This document shows, one piece after another, positions 63,501-64,000 of a stretch of DNA of 64,000 nucleotides. The stretch covers positions 574,594 to 638,593 of the forward strand of contig WELA01002258.1 in assembly GCA_009602735.1 (NCBI GenBank), given 5' to 3'. Origin of the DNA: Mesotaenium endlicherianum (lineage: Eukaryota). The position numbers were made by a program, and so were the translations under genes. Each line of letters starts with the position of its first letter. Positions within the stretch are counted from its first letter, which is position 1. Below the pieces are notes generated by a model. That model was not told where the DNA came from. It saw only the letters and a program-made list of their open reading frames with translations, and did no database searches.

Positions 63501-63928
63501 ACATATTTACATATATTTACATGTATAATATATGCATGTGTTGTGGGAATTATAGAGGCAATACTCCAGGGCCAGGTGTCACCAGTGTGATGCCCCCTCT
63601 TTCACCCGACAAGCATGGATGTATCAGTCGTTGCAATTTTCAGTATTTAATGGGGTCTAGGGTCCTAGATATCTAAGCCCTAGCATCTAGGCTGTAGTAG
63701 GCTCTTGGGCACATGGGCAATGCGCCCTGTAGAGTGACAGCTGGCCTCTCTCGTGTTGGAATTGCGCAGCACGTGACTGACGTGGTGACAGCACACTTCC
63801 GGGCAAGGGGGCCGCACATCCTGGCAGCCTGCGACGCCCACCTAAGGAGCGACATGTGTCGTGTCGCACACGCGAAGCTGGCGAGGCTGCGGGAGAGACT
63901 GGCAACGGCCTTTGCTTCCCTGGCTTAG
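57562..63928 (+). CDS. Ubiquitin-conjugating enzyme E2 of the plant UBC23-26 (UBE2O-like) group, short N-terminus (6 exons)
   Basis: Phase-consistent exons: 57562-57714, 58552-58621, 58937-59076, 60007-60141, 61196-61369, 63770-63928. [68 protein letters not shown] (catalytic Cys), PYFNEPGY. The start codon is inferred, and a gap in intron 5 could hide an exon. Confidence 0.9.
61734..62191. other. Assembly gap (N run) in a UBC intron
   Basis: N run flanked by C tracts. Confidence 0.99.
62530..62760. repeat. (CCT)n-rich tract with an internal duplication of about 84 bp
   Basis: cgttatccttttcctcctccccctcctcctttgcctcc occurs twice within CCT runs. Confidence 0.85.
63320..63535. repeat. Degenerate (TA/CA)-rich microsatellite
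   Basis: atacatatat-type low-complexity tract. Confidence 0.85.
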
Positions 63929-64000
63929 AGCTCCTGCTAAAAGCACATGTACATATACACACGCACAAATGACAAACACACACACACACACACACACACA

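Overview
Eukaryotic, plant-lineage genomic DNA; a streptophyte alga is plausible, but that is inference and the species cannot be identified from this window. Left part (about 1-26.3 kb): a nested transposon cluster inside a decayed UBE2Q-like E2 gene. It contains (i) a 12.2-kb degenerate chromodomain Ty3/gypsy element (family B, TSD CCAGC) whose PBS-gag block is inverted between inverted LTRs. This element carries an extra unknown ORF after pol and hosts a solo LTR (family A), a related LTR-like insert (C) and an 8-bp-TSD MITE. It also contains (ii) a second family-A solo LTR and (iii) a young full-length family-A chromovirus with an intact pol (TSD CCGAC). Right part (about 28-64 kb): four apparently intact intron-rich genes, JMJ31-like JmjC oxygenase (-), PRP38A (+), LPAT4/5-like acyltransferase (-) and a UBC23-26-type E2 (+), with introns full of micro- and minisatellites. 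Most striking observations: (1) 'splice-junction echoes', arrays of degenerate copies of an exon end plus its splice site stacked in the adjacent intron, seen at five junctions in four genes; (2) the LTR-mediated inversion, fixed by a split reverse-complemented TSD that rejoins the protease frame; (3) the extra ORF in element B, bracketed by repeated PPT motifs. Family assignments rest on motifs recalled from memory, not on database searches.
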